A DNA stretch of 64,000 nt. Origin: Deltaproteobacteria bacterium TL4 (GTDB lineage: Bacteria > SAR324 > NAC60-12). Below are positions 1-9,182 of the stretch, one piece after another; the stretch's first letter is position 1, and each line of letters starts with the position of its first letter. Position numbers and translations under genes: made by a program. The stretch covers positions 8,421-72,420 of the forward strand of contig JBBCAX010000349.1 of assembly GCA_051382335.1 (NCBI GenBank), in the 5' to 3' direction. The notes beneath the pieces are model-generated. The model did not search any database, was not told the origin of the DNA, and saw only the letters and a program-made list of their open reading frames with translations.

Positions 1-630
1 ATATCGGTTATTGCGAATTGTATTGGTATCCGTGTACATGAAATGAAGGGAGTACCGGTTATTCCACGCTTCATTGTCTTGAATCACACTGTTGTTGGAG
101 TACCAGATCACCATATCCCTGGAGTCATGTAATTTGTTTTTTTGAAAAGTGTTGTTGTGACTGGCCCACACCTTGATACTGTCCCCTCGTGCGCCCAATT
201 CTGAGGGTTTGGAGGAAATATCATTGCCTTCAACCAGGTTGTTGTGAGCTTCTCTAAGTTCAATCCCAAATAAGGTATGATCGATGGTGTTGTAAAGGAG
301 TTTATTATTGGAGGAAAAAACAGAAATACCGGCATTAATGTGATCGTGACTATCGCCCGAATTGGTAATATGAAGGTTGCGGAGGGTGACGCCGTCAGCC
401 TTGATCGTGATGACACTACCGGTCCCCCCACCGTCTATAATCACCTGGCCCTGAGTGCTTTCCATGGTGAGGGGTTTGTCGATAACCACCGAACCTTCGT
501 AACGTCCGGGTGACAAGGCAAGGATTCCGCCTGAGGGCGTGTTGTCAATAAGCGATTGCAACATCGGGGCGGCCGAGAGACTACGGCTTCCCAAGAGTAC
601 GGCAACAATGAACCAAACCTGAATTTTCAT
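1..630 (-). CDS. nosD: NosD, periplasmic maturation protein for N2O reductase (5' part; runs off the window)
   Basis: Not in the ORF track. Manual translation from ATG 630 gives MKIQVWFIVAVLLGSRSLSAAPMLQSLIDNTPSGGILALSPGRYEGSVVIDKPL...IIDGGGTGSVITI...GARGDSIKVWASHNN...SRDMVIWYS...NRYSLHFMY. This is a signal peptide plus beta-helix repeats typical of NosD, directly downstream of nosB. Confidence 0.93.
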   Translation of the reverse strand, partial: MKIQVWFIVAVLLGSRSLSAAPMLQSLIDNTPSGGILALSPGRYEGSVVIDKPLTMESTQGQVIIDGGGTGSVITIKADGVTLRNLHITNSGDSHDHINAGISVFSSNNKLLYNTIDHTLFGIELREAHNNLVEGNDISSKPSELGARGDSIKVWASHNNTFQKNKLHDSRDMVIWYSNNSVIQDNEAWNNRYSLHFMYTDTNTIRNNRY

Positions 631-643
631 TGTTCACCAAGCC

Positions 644-1462
644 TTATGAGGTTGCAGCTTTTTCTCTTAAGGCTCTACGTTTGATTAAAACGGAAAGCCC
701 CAAACAGACAAAAACACCCAAGAGAAAATAAAATCCCACCGTGGGGTAAGAATGAGTGACAAACTGAGCCACTTTTCCATCGCCTAAGACCGTCGGCATA
801 AAGGGTTTGATTTGGAATGCGCCATAGTCGTGTAAATTATGTCCAAACCAATACAGCCAATAACTGAAAAACCCGATAAAATACCAAGGCATTAAGGCGG
901 GAACCATCCCCAGAACCCACCAACCCGGACCACTGTAAAACAGATAGATCAGGATCATCAGGAAAAAAGTTAAATAAACAAAAGGAACAAGCTTTCTGAC
1001 CTTGAACGCTCCGACATCCATCGGGACCATGCCAATGTAATGGTTGATGACGTTCATCTCCACCACTCTTCCCCGAAAATCAGTCAGTGTGAAGAACACT
1101 GGAATTCCCTCAGGATAAGAGGCTTTAGGATATTGAGGTGCTTCTAAAGAGACCCTCCAGATAGGCATGGTATTGTATCCGACAAGAGCGGCTTCCAATC
1201 CTGCGGGAAAGTAAACATAGAGTTCATCGCCCAAATACTGAACCAGTTCAGGGGAGGGATCCACGGTTTCAGTACCTTCAGGAATTAGAAAGGAAAAGGG
1301 TTGAAAAGATAGATTTTCTTCATCAATTTCTGTATCGCCTGTAATAGGATCGGCATAGCGGTATAAGGGGCCAAGCAAATAGGTACAAACTAAAAGTACC
1401 AGTCCCATCAAGGCCAGTATACGAGCCAACCAGAGTCTCCCTTTAATTGCATGGGTTTCCAC
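644..1462 (-). CDS. nosB: NosB-type membrane protein of clade II nos clusters
   Basis: Motifs PIWRVSLEAPQYP, EMNVINHYIGM, WLYWFGHNL, GDGKVAQF-SYP and about 4 TM segments. Likely start is GTG 1462 after AAGGAG; the ORF-track start at 1579 is probably too long. Confidence 0.85.
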   Translation of the reverse strand: METHAIKGRLWLARILALMGLVLLVCTYLLGPLYRYADPITGDTEIDEENLSFQPFSFLIPEGTETVDPSPELVQYLGDELYVYFPAGLEAALVGYNTMPIWRVSLEAPQYPKASYPEGIPVFFTLTDFRGRVVEMNVINHYIGMVPMDVGAFKVRKLVPFVYLTFFLMILIYLFYSGPGWWVLGMVPALMPWYFIGFFSYWLYWFGHNLHDYGAFQIKPFMPTVLGDGKVAQFVTHSYPTVGFYFLLGVFVCLGLSVLIKRRALREKAATS

Positions 1463-1594
1463 GTTTTCTCCTTCTAAAGCAGAATATCTTCTATTTTGAA
1501 AAGAGGAGGGATATTCTGAGTGGATTAATGGTTTATCCTGGAAATAAAATATCAGGTGCTTTTGATTCAAAGCCTTCACGTTCCCGGCCTATCC

Positions 1595-2362
1595 TCATTT
1601 ATTTCGATCCCAGTCGCCAGGTTTCATGACTTGTCTGGAGGTATAGTCCATAACGGCGTCGACCTCCTCGTTCGTAAAGGCTTTAACCTGCGCCACCATA
1701 TCCGGATTGGCGTTTCTTCGTTTACCGTCTCGAATCCAAAGGAATTGGCGAACCAAATATTTAAAATTTTGTCCCGCAATCACAGGATAATAGTTTTTGA
1801 AGCTTCCCTGACCATGATCCCCATGACAACGCACACAGTTATCTTTGTAAAGTTTCTCCCCTTCCTTTAGTTTTTCACCGCTGCCCTTTATGTCACTTGA
1901 CATCTTAAGTGTTTGGATATAAGCCGCTACATCCGCCAATGCCTGAGGGCCACTTTTAGGCTCATCAAACAAATCCTCGGTTGCTGTTCTAAGGGCTTCA
2001 ACATTGGCAAAAGGGTACATGGTGGGATTATCCCTGTTTCCTGCACGAATGTCCGCAATTTGCTTGATGATGACGGTTGACTGTTGTCCCGCAAGTTGGG
2101 GGAAGTTCCCGGCGGGGTCTCCATTGCCTTGAGGTTGATGACAGATTTCACAAACTTCCTGATAGATCACCTTCCCATCTTCAAGTTTTCCTTCCAAATG
2201 CAACGCTTCCACGGCTTCTTCCACATTCGTACCCCATTTTCCACCGAATTCACCGGTTGAGATTAGTTTCGTCGCATTCTGTGCTGAAACATTCATGGTC
2301 ATTCCTGTGAGAAGTAGAAGCTTCAAACTTCCCTTGAGAATCCTCTCGATTATCTTTTTCAT
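1595..2362 (-). CDS. Periplasmic diheme cytochrome c (c4-like) in the nos cluster
   Basis: CEICH and CVRCH, candidate Met ligands (NPTMYP, NPDMV), PQLAGQ/PVIAGQ motifs, Sec signal. Start ATG 2362 follows GGAG. Confidence 0.9.
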   Translation of the reverse strand: MKKIIERILKGSLKLLLLTGMTMNVSAQNATKLISTGEFGGKWGTNVEEAVEALHLEGKLEDGKVIYQEVCEICHQPQGNGDPAGNFPQLAGQQSTVIIKQIADIRAGNRDNPTMYPFANVEALRTATEDLFDEPKSGPQALADVAAYIQTLKMSSDIKGSGEKLKEGEKLYKDNCVRCHGDHGQGSFKNYYPVIAGQNFKYLVRQFLWIRDGKRRNANPDMVAQVKAFTNEEVDAVMDYTSRQVMKPGDWDRNK

Positions 2363-2434
2363 TGGTACTCCACATACTGAGTTGTTTAGGTTATTCATAC
2401 AACAATACAATTTGTATCGTTTTTCCATTCTTGG

Positions 2435-2842
2435 TTACCTGACCTGAGAGAGGTACTTGGCAATCGCCTTTAAATCATCATCAGTTGCCGAGTTATCAAT
2501 CATCAGTTTGATGCCTAGCATGGCGCGGGTCATGCCGTTGGTTCGTCTGCTTTCAAAGATATCTTTCATTTGATTGTATAAATATATTTCCGATTGTCCC
2601 GCAAGTTTGGGATAAATCTCAAATCCTGGTAAAGGATCTCCTTCACGATATTTGTATGCTCCTGTGTTTTTATCAATTTGATCGCGTTTCCTGACCATGC
2701 CTTTTCCTTCGGGACCATGACAAGCAATACAGGTGAGTTGTTGATAGAGTGTTTGGCCATCAGCGGTAAAAGCAGAGGGCGTGTATACAAAAAACGATAG
2801 AAACGTGGATAAGAATACGGTCAAAATTTTAGCTATTTTCAC
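2435..2842 (-). CDS. Monoheme class I cytochrome c (NosC-like, c553 type)
   Basis: CIACH, YPKLAGQ and distal Met (RAMLG), with a signal peptide. Start GTG 2842 follows GAGG. Confidence 0.88.
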   Translation of the reverse strand: MKIAKILTVFLSTFLSFFVYTPSAFTADGQTLYQQLTCIACHGPEGKGMVRKRDQIDKNTGAYKYREGDPLPGFEIYPKLAGQSEIYLYNQMKDIFESRRTNGMTRAMLGIKLMIDNSATDDDLKAIAKYLSQVR

Positions 2843-2864
2843 AAGACCTCTTAAGTATAAAAGT

Positions 2865-2899
2865 AAAAAGAACAAAGCAACCCGAAGGTTGCTTTGTTC
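2865..2899 (-). terminator. Intrinsic terminator after the 176-aa gene downstream of nosZ
   Basis: Perfect 13-bp stem GAACAAAGCAACC-TTCG-GGTTGCTTTGTTC followed by TTTTT on the minus strand. Confidence 0.85.
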
Positions 2900-2905
2900 C
2901 CCAGA

Positions 2906-3436
2906 TTATTCGCCATCGACCATTTTTTTGGCAAAAATCCCGCGACTTGCGGTTTTTACCAAATATTGCCACGCCATTTCCTCATTGAGAAGCGCCTCCT
3001 GCCACTTTCCCTGCTTGGCCATTTCTTTAGCCACTTTACGAAGAGGATAGTGCTCTTTAAACTGCTCCACCGCATCGTAAAGTTGCATTGCCGCATTCAC
3101 ATGGAGAATTTTTTTAGACTTTAGATCTTTATTGAGTTCAGCATCACCCAATTCATCCAGTTCGTCAATGTCTCCCATTTGCTTTTGGATTCCCAAGGCG
3201 GAACCCACAGGATCTTTGGGATTACAGATTCCGGTTGAAGCCTCCACAATTTTGGGACAAACATAATTGATGACACCCGCAATCACGCCTATGGTTGCGT
3301 CATTTTCCGCGACTTTGCTTTCATATTTGGCTTTGTAGTCATCGTCTGCCGCTACAGTCAAACCTGCCGTACAAGCAAGGTATAAAAAAATGGAAACCCC
3401 CATTAGGGGCAGGCTCCTCACACTATTTAATTTCAT
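2906..3436 (-). CDS. Secreted hypothetical protein (176 aa, helical, two Cys in the mature part) directly downstream of nosZ
   Basis: AGGAG RBS and a Sec-type signal ending TVAA/DDD. No CxxCH and no family motif I recognise. Confidence 0.8.
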   Translation of the reverse strand: MKLNSVRSLPLMGVSIFLYLACTAGLTVAADDDYKAKYESKVAENDATIGVIAGVINYVCPKIVEASTGICNPKDPVGSALGIQKQMGDIDELDELGDAELNKDLKSKKILHVNAAMQLYDAVEQFKEHYPLRKVAKEMAKQGKWQEALLNEEMAWQYLVKTASRGIFAKKMVDGE

Positions 3437-3491
3437 GATTTCTCCTATAAATTAATGATCAAATCCATAGATTTTTTTATTTTAAGATTCC

Positions 3492-3545
3492 GCAATCATT
3501 CGTACAGGCCAAGGGAAAAAAGACTTAGCTTGTACGAGATGTTGC
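3492..3545 (-). other. Long imperfect hairpin just after the nosZ stop (putative mRNA-stabilising stem)
   Basis: GCAA..TCGTACA..AAG pairs with CTT..TGTACGA..TTGC. No U-tract follows on the minus strand. Confidence 0.5.
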
Positions 3546-3554
3546 AATAGAATT

Positions 3555-5534
3555 CTAGGGTTTAACTAAAAAGTATCCTGTCATTTCCAGATGAAGCGCA
3601 GAACAGAATTCAGTACAATAATAAGGGAATACGCCTTCTTGATCTGCCTTGAAATGGAACGTTGCCGTTTCACCAGGTTCGATAGACCCATGGATATTGT
3701 AGGTATCAATTGCAAAACCATGAACCTGATCTTGAGCTCTTTCCACGTTAGTAACGTGCCAAGTGATTTCATCTCCTTTTTTGACTTCAATGATTTCAGG
3801 GCTGAAGTGACTTCGAATAACGGTTGAATGAATAGTCACCTGATTTCCCTTTCGTTCAATCCGCTCTTTTCCTGCTTTTACATAATGTTCAAACGCTTCT
3901 TTGTTATAGCGAATTACCGGATCAAGCTTATCCGCTTTAATCATCTGCGCGTAATGAGGTTCTCCTAAAGGCAGAGGCATGTCATACAGCAGTTGCATGG
4001 GTCTTCCCGCAGTGATGTCGATCAATTGATGATTTTGAGGATGCAACGGGCCTACATTTTGAAAACGGTCAATGGCCAATTTGTTTAAGGCAATCAGGTA
4101 TTTTCCATCAGGATCAACCGTATCGCCTTCTGCCGCGACCAAGTGTCCAATGTTGTAGTTGATAGGCAGCTTGGAAAGAACTTTTCCTTCAAGATAATTC
4201 CAACGGACGACCGCTGAATCTACATAAAGAGAAGTGTAGACCACGCCTTTTTCGGAATCATACTGAGTATGTAGTGGCCCTAAACCCAACTGAACCTGGG
4301 TATGAATGGTTTTTTGAAGGTCCAGAATAGGGATCCCGTAGGGATCCTTATCCGCAAAATCTTTATTGTCAATCAAGGCTTTGATTTTTGTGAAATCATA
4401 AACGGTGGCATGAGTATCCAGTTTTCCCGCGACAATAATGTACCGTCCGTCAGGGCTTACATCATTTCCATGAGGACTTTTAGGTTCAGGAACAAGGAAC
4501 AAAGCATTGTTCGCAATCATATCTTCCAGGCGAATGATCGCGTGTCCATTCACTTTTTTGAAGGTTCCTGCTTTGAATAATTTTTCCGCTGTTTTCCAAT
4601 TCACAACGTGCATGTAGTCGGTATCCTTTGCGGACATCCCGGCTTCATTTGCCAAGCGGCTTTGAAGCCCGGTGTTTCCTTTCCCATAACCTCCAATGTA
4701 TCGCTCACTGTTAATGGAGTTTGTGAAAGACCAGCCGTCACTGATGTTTTTTCCCGCGTCAGTAATGTCCTGCATGTAGGGAGGCATTTCAACGGTGAAT
4801 GATTGCTCAGGAACAATTCGTCCTCGTTCATCCATTTTTTCCTTTCTACTGCCTTCAACTTTCACTTGCGTTCGGTCAAATTTCCAGTAGGTAACTCCGC
4901 CCCGGAATTTGTTATTGAAATTTTCCTGCGTCAATTCAACATAACCCTTTTCAAAAGGAGTTGGATATTGAGCCGCTTCCAAAATATACTCGGTATTGGG
5001 AGTCACAACCGTACTACCATGTTCGGATTTAAAAACAGGGTTGACTACAATTTGCACAGTTTCAAAAGTTTTTAAATCAATGACCGCAACGCGTGGATTC
5101 GCTTTATCATTAATAAACACCCAGCGTCCATCATAATCGCCTGCGGTTTCTGAAAGCGCAGGATGATGCGTATCTCCCCAGGTTATTTTTCTTCCATTGA
5201 TCATCCCTTCTTCAAACCGCTTCATACTCTCTTCTTCACCATAACCATAGCCTTGCCAGGGTTCAGGGGTAAAAACAGCGATGTATTTGATAATTCTCAT
5301 TGAAGGGACTCCATAGACTATTACTTGCCCGGCTTGCCCTCCTGAGGAAAAAACAATATATTCATCTTTTTTTCCCGTAGGCGTATAAGTCTTTGCCGCA
5401 GCAAGTAAATCCTGTTCGGAAAGATTACGGTCTTTCATTACCTCCTGCAGTGTTTGCGAATATCCGGCTGTTGATATTAACAGCAAGGAAATGAGGATTA
5501 TGCCTCTCCATAGTTGTTGCTTCATCACTAACAT
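3555..5534 (-). CDS. nosZ: Nitrous-oxide reductase, clade II (Sec-dependent), with no fused cytochrome domain
   Basis: Seven CuZ His in DTHHP, SEHG, PKSPHG, GLGPLH, NIGH and EPH. CuA motif H...CTEFCSALHLEM. Clade II N-terminus AAAKTYTPTG-DEY-FSSGGQ. Sec signal with no twin-Arg. Start ATG 5534 follows GGAGG. Confidence 0.97.
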   Translation of the reverse strand: MLVMKQQLWRGIILISLLLISTAGYSQTLQEVMKDRNLSEQDLLAAAKTYTPTGKKDEYIVFSSGGQAGQVIVYGVPSMRIIKYIAVFTPEPWQGYGYGEEESMKRFEEGMINGRKITWGDTHHPALSETAGDYDGRWVFINDKANPRVAVIDLKTFETVQIVVNPVFKSEHGSTVVTPNTEYILEAAQYPTPFEKGYVELTQENFNNKFRGGVTYWKFDRTQVKVEGSRKEKMDERGRIVPEQSFTVEMPPYMQDITDAGKNISDGWSFTNSINSERYIGGYGKGNTGLQSRLANEAGMSAKDTDYMHVVNWKTAEKLFKAGTFKKVNGHAIIRLEDMIANNALFLVPEPKSPHGNDVSPDGRYIIVAGKLDTHATVYDFTKIKALIDNKDFADKDPYGIPILDLQKTIHTQVQLGLGPLHTQYDSEKGVVYTSLYVDSAVVRWNYLEGKVLSKLPINYNIGHLVAAEGDTVDPDGKYLIALNKLAIDRFQNVGPLHPQNHQLIDITAGRPMQLLYDMPLPLGEPHYAQMIKADKLDPVIRYNKEAFEHYVKAGKERIERKGNQVTIHSTVIRSHFSPEIIEVKKGDEITWHVTNVERAQDQVHGFAIDTYNIHGSIEPGETATFHFKADQEGVFPYYCTEFCSALHLEMTGYFLVKP

Positions 5535-5785
5535 TCCACCTCCAATAATTTGGTTAAATTTAGAATAAAAATACTGGATACGGGGTAATCGCTTTTTTTT
5601 GAAATGCGACCAAGTAGGGGAGCTTGGGATAAGCAAGTGCACCACATAGAAAAACATTAACCCGTGTTTATTTACTCGGCGCTGACTATTTCATGGGAGC
5701 ACGATCTTTCGCTGTCATGAAAAATCAAAACTGAGTCTTTGAAATTTAGAAGACATCCTCCAAATATTCAAAGTCGAGTCATTCC

Positions 5786-5814
5786 TAAATACAACGATTA
5801 AGAATGAGTGTCAA
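5786..5814 (-). promoter_or_regulatory. Possible sigma70 promoter upstream of nosZ
   Basis: TTGACA-17 nt-TATTTA. The -35 is perfect and the -10 weak. Confidence 0.3.
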
Positions 5815-5898
5815 TAGAATACCAAAATGTACTATTTTTAAAAGTACGAAAATGACTTATCCCGTTTTGGGGGCATCGTCTTCTTTCATTTTGTGAAA

Positions 5899-6624
5899 TT
5901 AATTTGGGGAAACCCTGACCGCCAGTCTGGAAACGTAGTCCATTACGGAAGAGATATCGTAAGGATTAAAGCTTTGTATCTGAAGGACCATTTCCTTATT
6001 CGCGTTTCTTCTTTTGCCTTCTTGAATCCAATGAAATTGTCGCACGAGGTAGTAATAGTTTTGCCCTGCAATTAAGGGATAATATTTGTCAGGCTTTCCG
6101 AGCCCGTCGACACCATGACATTCCAGGCAATGTTTTTTATAAAGTTCTTCTCCATGTTCTAAATCGGTTCCCGGCCCTTTGGTTGTTTCCGCAAACATAG
6201 GGATAGACTCCACATAAGCCGCGACATTGGCAAGAGACTGATTGTTTTGCGCTTGATCAAAATGATCCAGAGTCAATAGTTCCTCTTTCGAATAAGGATA
6301 CATCGTGGGATTATCACGGTTGCCTGCCCTGATATCCGCAATTTGTTTAATGAGGACACTGGCATGTTGTCCCGCAATTTGTGGAAAAGTTCCAGAGGGG
6401 TCGCCATGGGCACGAGTCTGATGGCAATTCTGACAGAGTTCCTCATAAATTTCCTGACCTCTTCCAACATCGCCTTTTAGAGTTAATGCCTTTTCTATTT
6501 CCTCTTTATTATTCTGCAACGGCCTTTCAGCGGGAGTAGTGGCGGGAGAGGTTGTACACGCAACCAGCGCTACTAAAAAAGTAATCAAGATCATTGCTTT
6601 GCCAATCATTTTCAACTTCAACAT
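5899..6624 (-). CDS. Diheme cytochrome c lipoprotein, paralog of 1595..2362
   Basis: Lipobox LVAC, CQNCH and CLECH. Shares IKQIADIRAGNRDNPTMYP with the other diheme cytochrome. Confidence 0.9.
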   Translation of the reverse strand: MLKLKMIGKAMILITFLVALVACTTSPATTPAERPLQNNKEEIEKALTLKGDVGRGQEIYEELCQNCHQTRAHGDPSGTFPQIAGQHASVLIKQIADIRAGNRDNPTMYPYSKEELLTLDHFDQAQNNQSLANVAAYVESIPMFAETTKGPGTDLEHGEELYKKHCLECHGVDGLGKPDKYYPLIAGQNYYYLVRQFHWIQEGKRRNANKEMVLQIQSFNPYDISSVMDYVSRLAVRVSPN

Positions 6625-6668
6625 ATTGCTCCTACTGAATAATTCATTTGACGGATGACTACATCCAT

Positions 6669-7178
6669 TTATTGCTCACGATATAAGGCATGGCAGCCTC
6701 GACACCCTTTGTCGTCCACTATTCTTATTTGCTCATCAATTGCGTTGAGATCTCCCGTTTTTGCCAATTTCACAAGCTTACGGGTTTCTTGTTTCAAGAC
6801 TTCCGCTTGTGCGATAAATTCTGCAACGAGAGCTCCCTCCTGATTCCAAATTTTAGCGCTGGTCCGGTCTTGCGCATCAAGGCTGCCTTTGGGAAACAAA
6901 GACAGAATTTCCTCGGCCATCTGATTTAGTATTTCCGCATGGGTAATCAGATGTTCGTTCATTCCAAGCTCACGTTTGACTAACATCCTGATGGCTAGAA
7001 AATGAATGCCTTTAGCTTCCATGAAAAGCTTTCGGTATTGACCCAAGTGTCTGGCCTGAGCTTCCCCGTAAGCATAGACAGGAGTTACCCTCGTAAAAAG
7101 TGTTGCTGTAATTCCCAAAACAACAATGAATTGACGAGAGAAAATAAAATTCATTAATGAAAAAAAAACGTACCGCAT
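6669..7178 (-). CDS. Cytochrome c' (class II cytochrome c)
   Basis: Single CRGCH at the extreme C-terminus (CxxCHxxYR), LFPKGS and KIW motifs, helical, with a signal peptide. Confidence 0.88.
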   Translation of the reverse strand: MRYVFFSLMNFIFSRQFIVVLGITATLFTRVTPVYAYGEAQARHLGQYRKLFMEAKGIHFLAIRMLVKRELGMNEHLITHAEILNQMAEEILSLFPKGSLDAQDRTSAKIWNQEGALVAEFIAQAEVLKQETRKLVKLAKTGDLNAIDEQIRIVDDKGCRGCHALYREQ

Positions 7179-7241
7179 GTTCTTATTCGCCCCAAAAGGT
7201 CATCTATTTAAAAAAAACCCAACCCAAAACCGAGAAAGGCG

Positions 7242-7270
7242 AGTATAATCAGAGAAATTTTGAATGTCAA
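7242..7270 (-). promoter_or_regulatory. Sigma70 promoter for the cytochrome c' / diheme cytochrome genes
   Basis: Near-consensus TTGACA-17 nt-TATACT about 65 nt upstream of the ATG at 7178. Confidence 0.65.
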
Positions 7271-7311
7271 GTAAGTGTTTTGTTTTTATAATAAAGCCTT
7301 GATGTTGGGGC

Positions 7312-8043
7312 TTAAATCAACAAACGTCCGCCATCAACTGGTAAAATCACTCCTGTTACAAAATCTGCTTTTAATAAATAAGCTACCGCCTGAACGATAT
7401 CCTGATCGGATCCCATGCGCTTCAGTAAGCTTTGTTCAATAGAGAGACTTTGATCAATTTCTGAGCCACTGGGAGGTGGTAATACGGTTCCAGGAGCAAT
7501 GCCATTGACTTGAATATCGGGAGCTAAAGCTTTGGCAAGTCCTTCGGTTAAAGAGTGTAAGCCTGCTTTGGTGGTACAATAAGGTAGAAATTTGGGCCAG
7601 GGACGTTTGGCAGAAACATCGACGATATTTAGAATTTTGCCTTCTTTCTGTTTTTGCATCGTTTGGGCAACCCGTTGGCAAAGGAAAAAAGGCGCTTTCA
7701 GATTCAGCATAAACAAATGATCCCATTGTTCTTCGGTAACAGTCCCGAGTGGTGTGACAAAGAAATCCGCGGCATTATTAACGAGGACAGAAATCGGCCC
7801 CAGAGAGTCCTCAACGTTTTGAACCAGTTGGTACAATTCGGCTAGTTGACACAGGTCTGCCTGGAAAAGTTGATGTTGTTCTGAAGAACCCTTCATTTGT
7901 GATAAAGTTTGTCGTGCACCTTCTGCGGAACGATGATAATGTACCGCGACTCGCAGACCTTGGGAGGCTAAATAAACGGCAATGCTTTGTCCTAAGCGGA
8001 CCCCTGCACCTGTAACCAGTGCGATTTTACCATGTAATTCCAT
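7312..8043 (-). CDS. SDR oxidoreductase, pteridine reductase / FolM-like
   Basis: TGAGVRLG, VHYHRS, LVNNAA, YxxxK (YCTTK), VNGIAPG, VDGG. Start ATG 8043. Confidence 0.88.
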   Translation of the reverse strand: MELHGKIALVTGAGVRLGQSIAVYLASQGLRVAVHYHRSAEGARQTLSQMKGSSEQHQLFQADLCQLAELYQLVQNVEDSLGPISVLVNNAADFFVTPLGTVTEEQWDHLFMLNLKAPFFLCQRVAQTMQKQKEGKILNIVDVSAKRPWPKFLPYCTTKAGLHSLTEGLAKALAPDIQVNGIAPGTVLPPPSGSEIDQSLSIEQSLLKRMGSDQDIVQAVAYLLKADFVTGVILPVDGGRLLI

Positions 8044-8168
8044 AATAATTCCTGACGAGTTAAAGATGAACTGGTTGAACTTTATCGTATAGGAGACTTG
8101 TTTTATTTTAAGCAAATAAAAACAAGTTGGAAATGAAAATTTTATTGCAGTAAAATTAAGGAGATAAC

Positions 8169-9182
8169 ATGACTGATATTCCCTCACCCAAAGAGCGTGT
8201 TTGTTTGGGATTAACCATGGGAGACCCCAATGGAATTGGACCTGAAATTATTGTTAAGGCCTTGACTCAAATGATTCCATTTCAAGGATGGGTGCCTTTG
8301 GTTTTTGGCGATTTGAAAGTGCTTAATGCCGTTAGAGAGCAACTTAAAAGCCCTTTGACTTTCAGCACCTATGACCGCCGTAAGCTTTCAAAAGATTCGG
8401 TTCCCGTGTTGGACCTTGCTGTTCAGGAAGGCTGGAATTGGCAATTAGGGCAATGTAGTGCCTGGGGAGGAGAATCGGCCTTCCAGTGTTTGAGAACCGC
8501 CATTACCTGGACGTTGGAAGGTAAAATTGAAGCTATTGTGACGGCGCCTTTATGTAAAGAGGCCTTGCATGCGGCAGGACATCATTTTCCAGGTCATACG
8601 GAAATGCTTTCTCATTTTACCAATCAGGCGCCTCCGATCATGATGTTGACGGTGGATCAATTTCGTGCGATTCATGTCACAACGCACATGGCGCTTCGAG
8701 AAGCCATTGATTCACTTTCAATTCAACGCATTCTCTATGTCATTTCAATTGCGGATCAAGCTTTGAAACGACTGGGGATTGAACATCCCAGGCTTGGAGT
8801 GCCAGGGCTAAATCCGCATTCCAGTGAAAATGGAATGTTTGGCTCTGAAGAGCGGGAAATCATTATTCCCGCGATTGAAGCAGCTCGCAGCAAGGGCATT
8901 CTGTGCGAAGGTCCGGTTCCTCCAGATACCATTTTTCTGCGCCATCGCGATGGTCATTTTGACGCGGTCATTGCTTTATACCACGACCAAGCCCATATTC
9001 CGTTGAAACTGTGGGGGATTGAAAGAGGGGTCAACGTAACGTTAGGATTACCGATCATTCGAACTTCTGTGGATCATGGGACCGCCTTTGACAGAGCGGT
9101 ACAGTTTAACGCGAATCCTGGCTCCCTGATTGAGGCGATCCATTTGGCAAACCGGTTTGTGAAGAACTCAATGCAGTTTTAA
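8169..9182 (+). CDS. pdxA: 4-hydroxythreonine-4-phosphate dehydrogenase family (PdxA/PdxA2)
   Basis: TMGDPNGIGPEI, TAPLCK, FPGHTE, GLNPH, YHDQ, VNVTLGLPIIRTSVDHGTAFD. Confidence 0.93.
   Translation: MTDIPSPKERVCLGLTMGDPNGIGPEIIVKALTQMIPFQGWVPLVFGDLKVLNAVREQLKSPLTFSTYDRRKLSKDSVPVLDLAVQEGWNWQLGQCSAWGGESAFQCLRTAITWTLEGKIEAIVTAPLCKEALHAAGHHFPGHTEMLSHFTNQAPPIMMLTVDQFRAIHVTTHMALREAIDSLSIQRILYVISIADQALKRLGIEHPRLGVPGLNPHSSENGMFGSEEREIIIPAIEAARSKGILCEGPVPPDTIFLRHRDGHFDAVIALYHDQAHIPLKLWGIERGVNVTLGLPIIRTSVDHGTAFDRAVQFNANPGSLIEAIHLANRFVKNSMQF

Noticed and set aside
108..513. ORF-track entries 108..431 and 277..513
   Set aside because: Shadow frames of nosD (630 to 1, minus strand).
5535..5898. FNR/DNR box or operator upstream of nosZ
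   Set aside because: No TTGAT-N4-ATCAA match. The GTAC...GTAC pseudo-palindrome near 5829-5846 is too weak to call.
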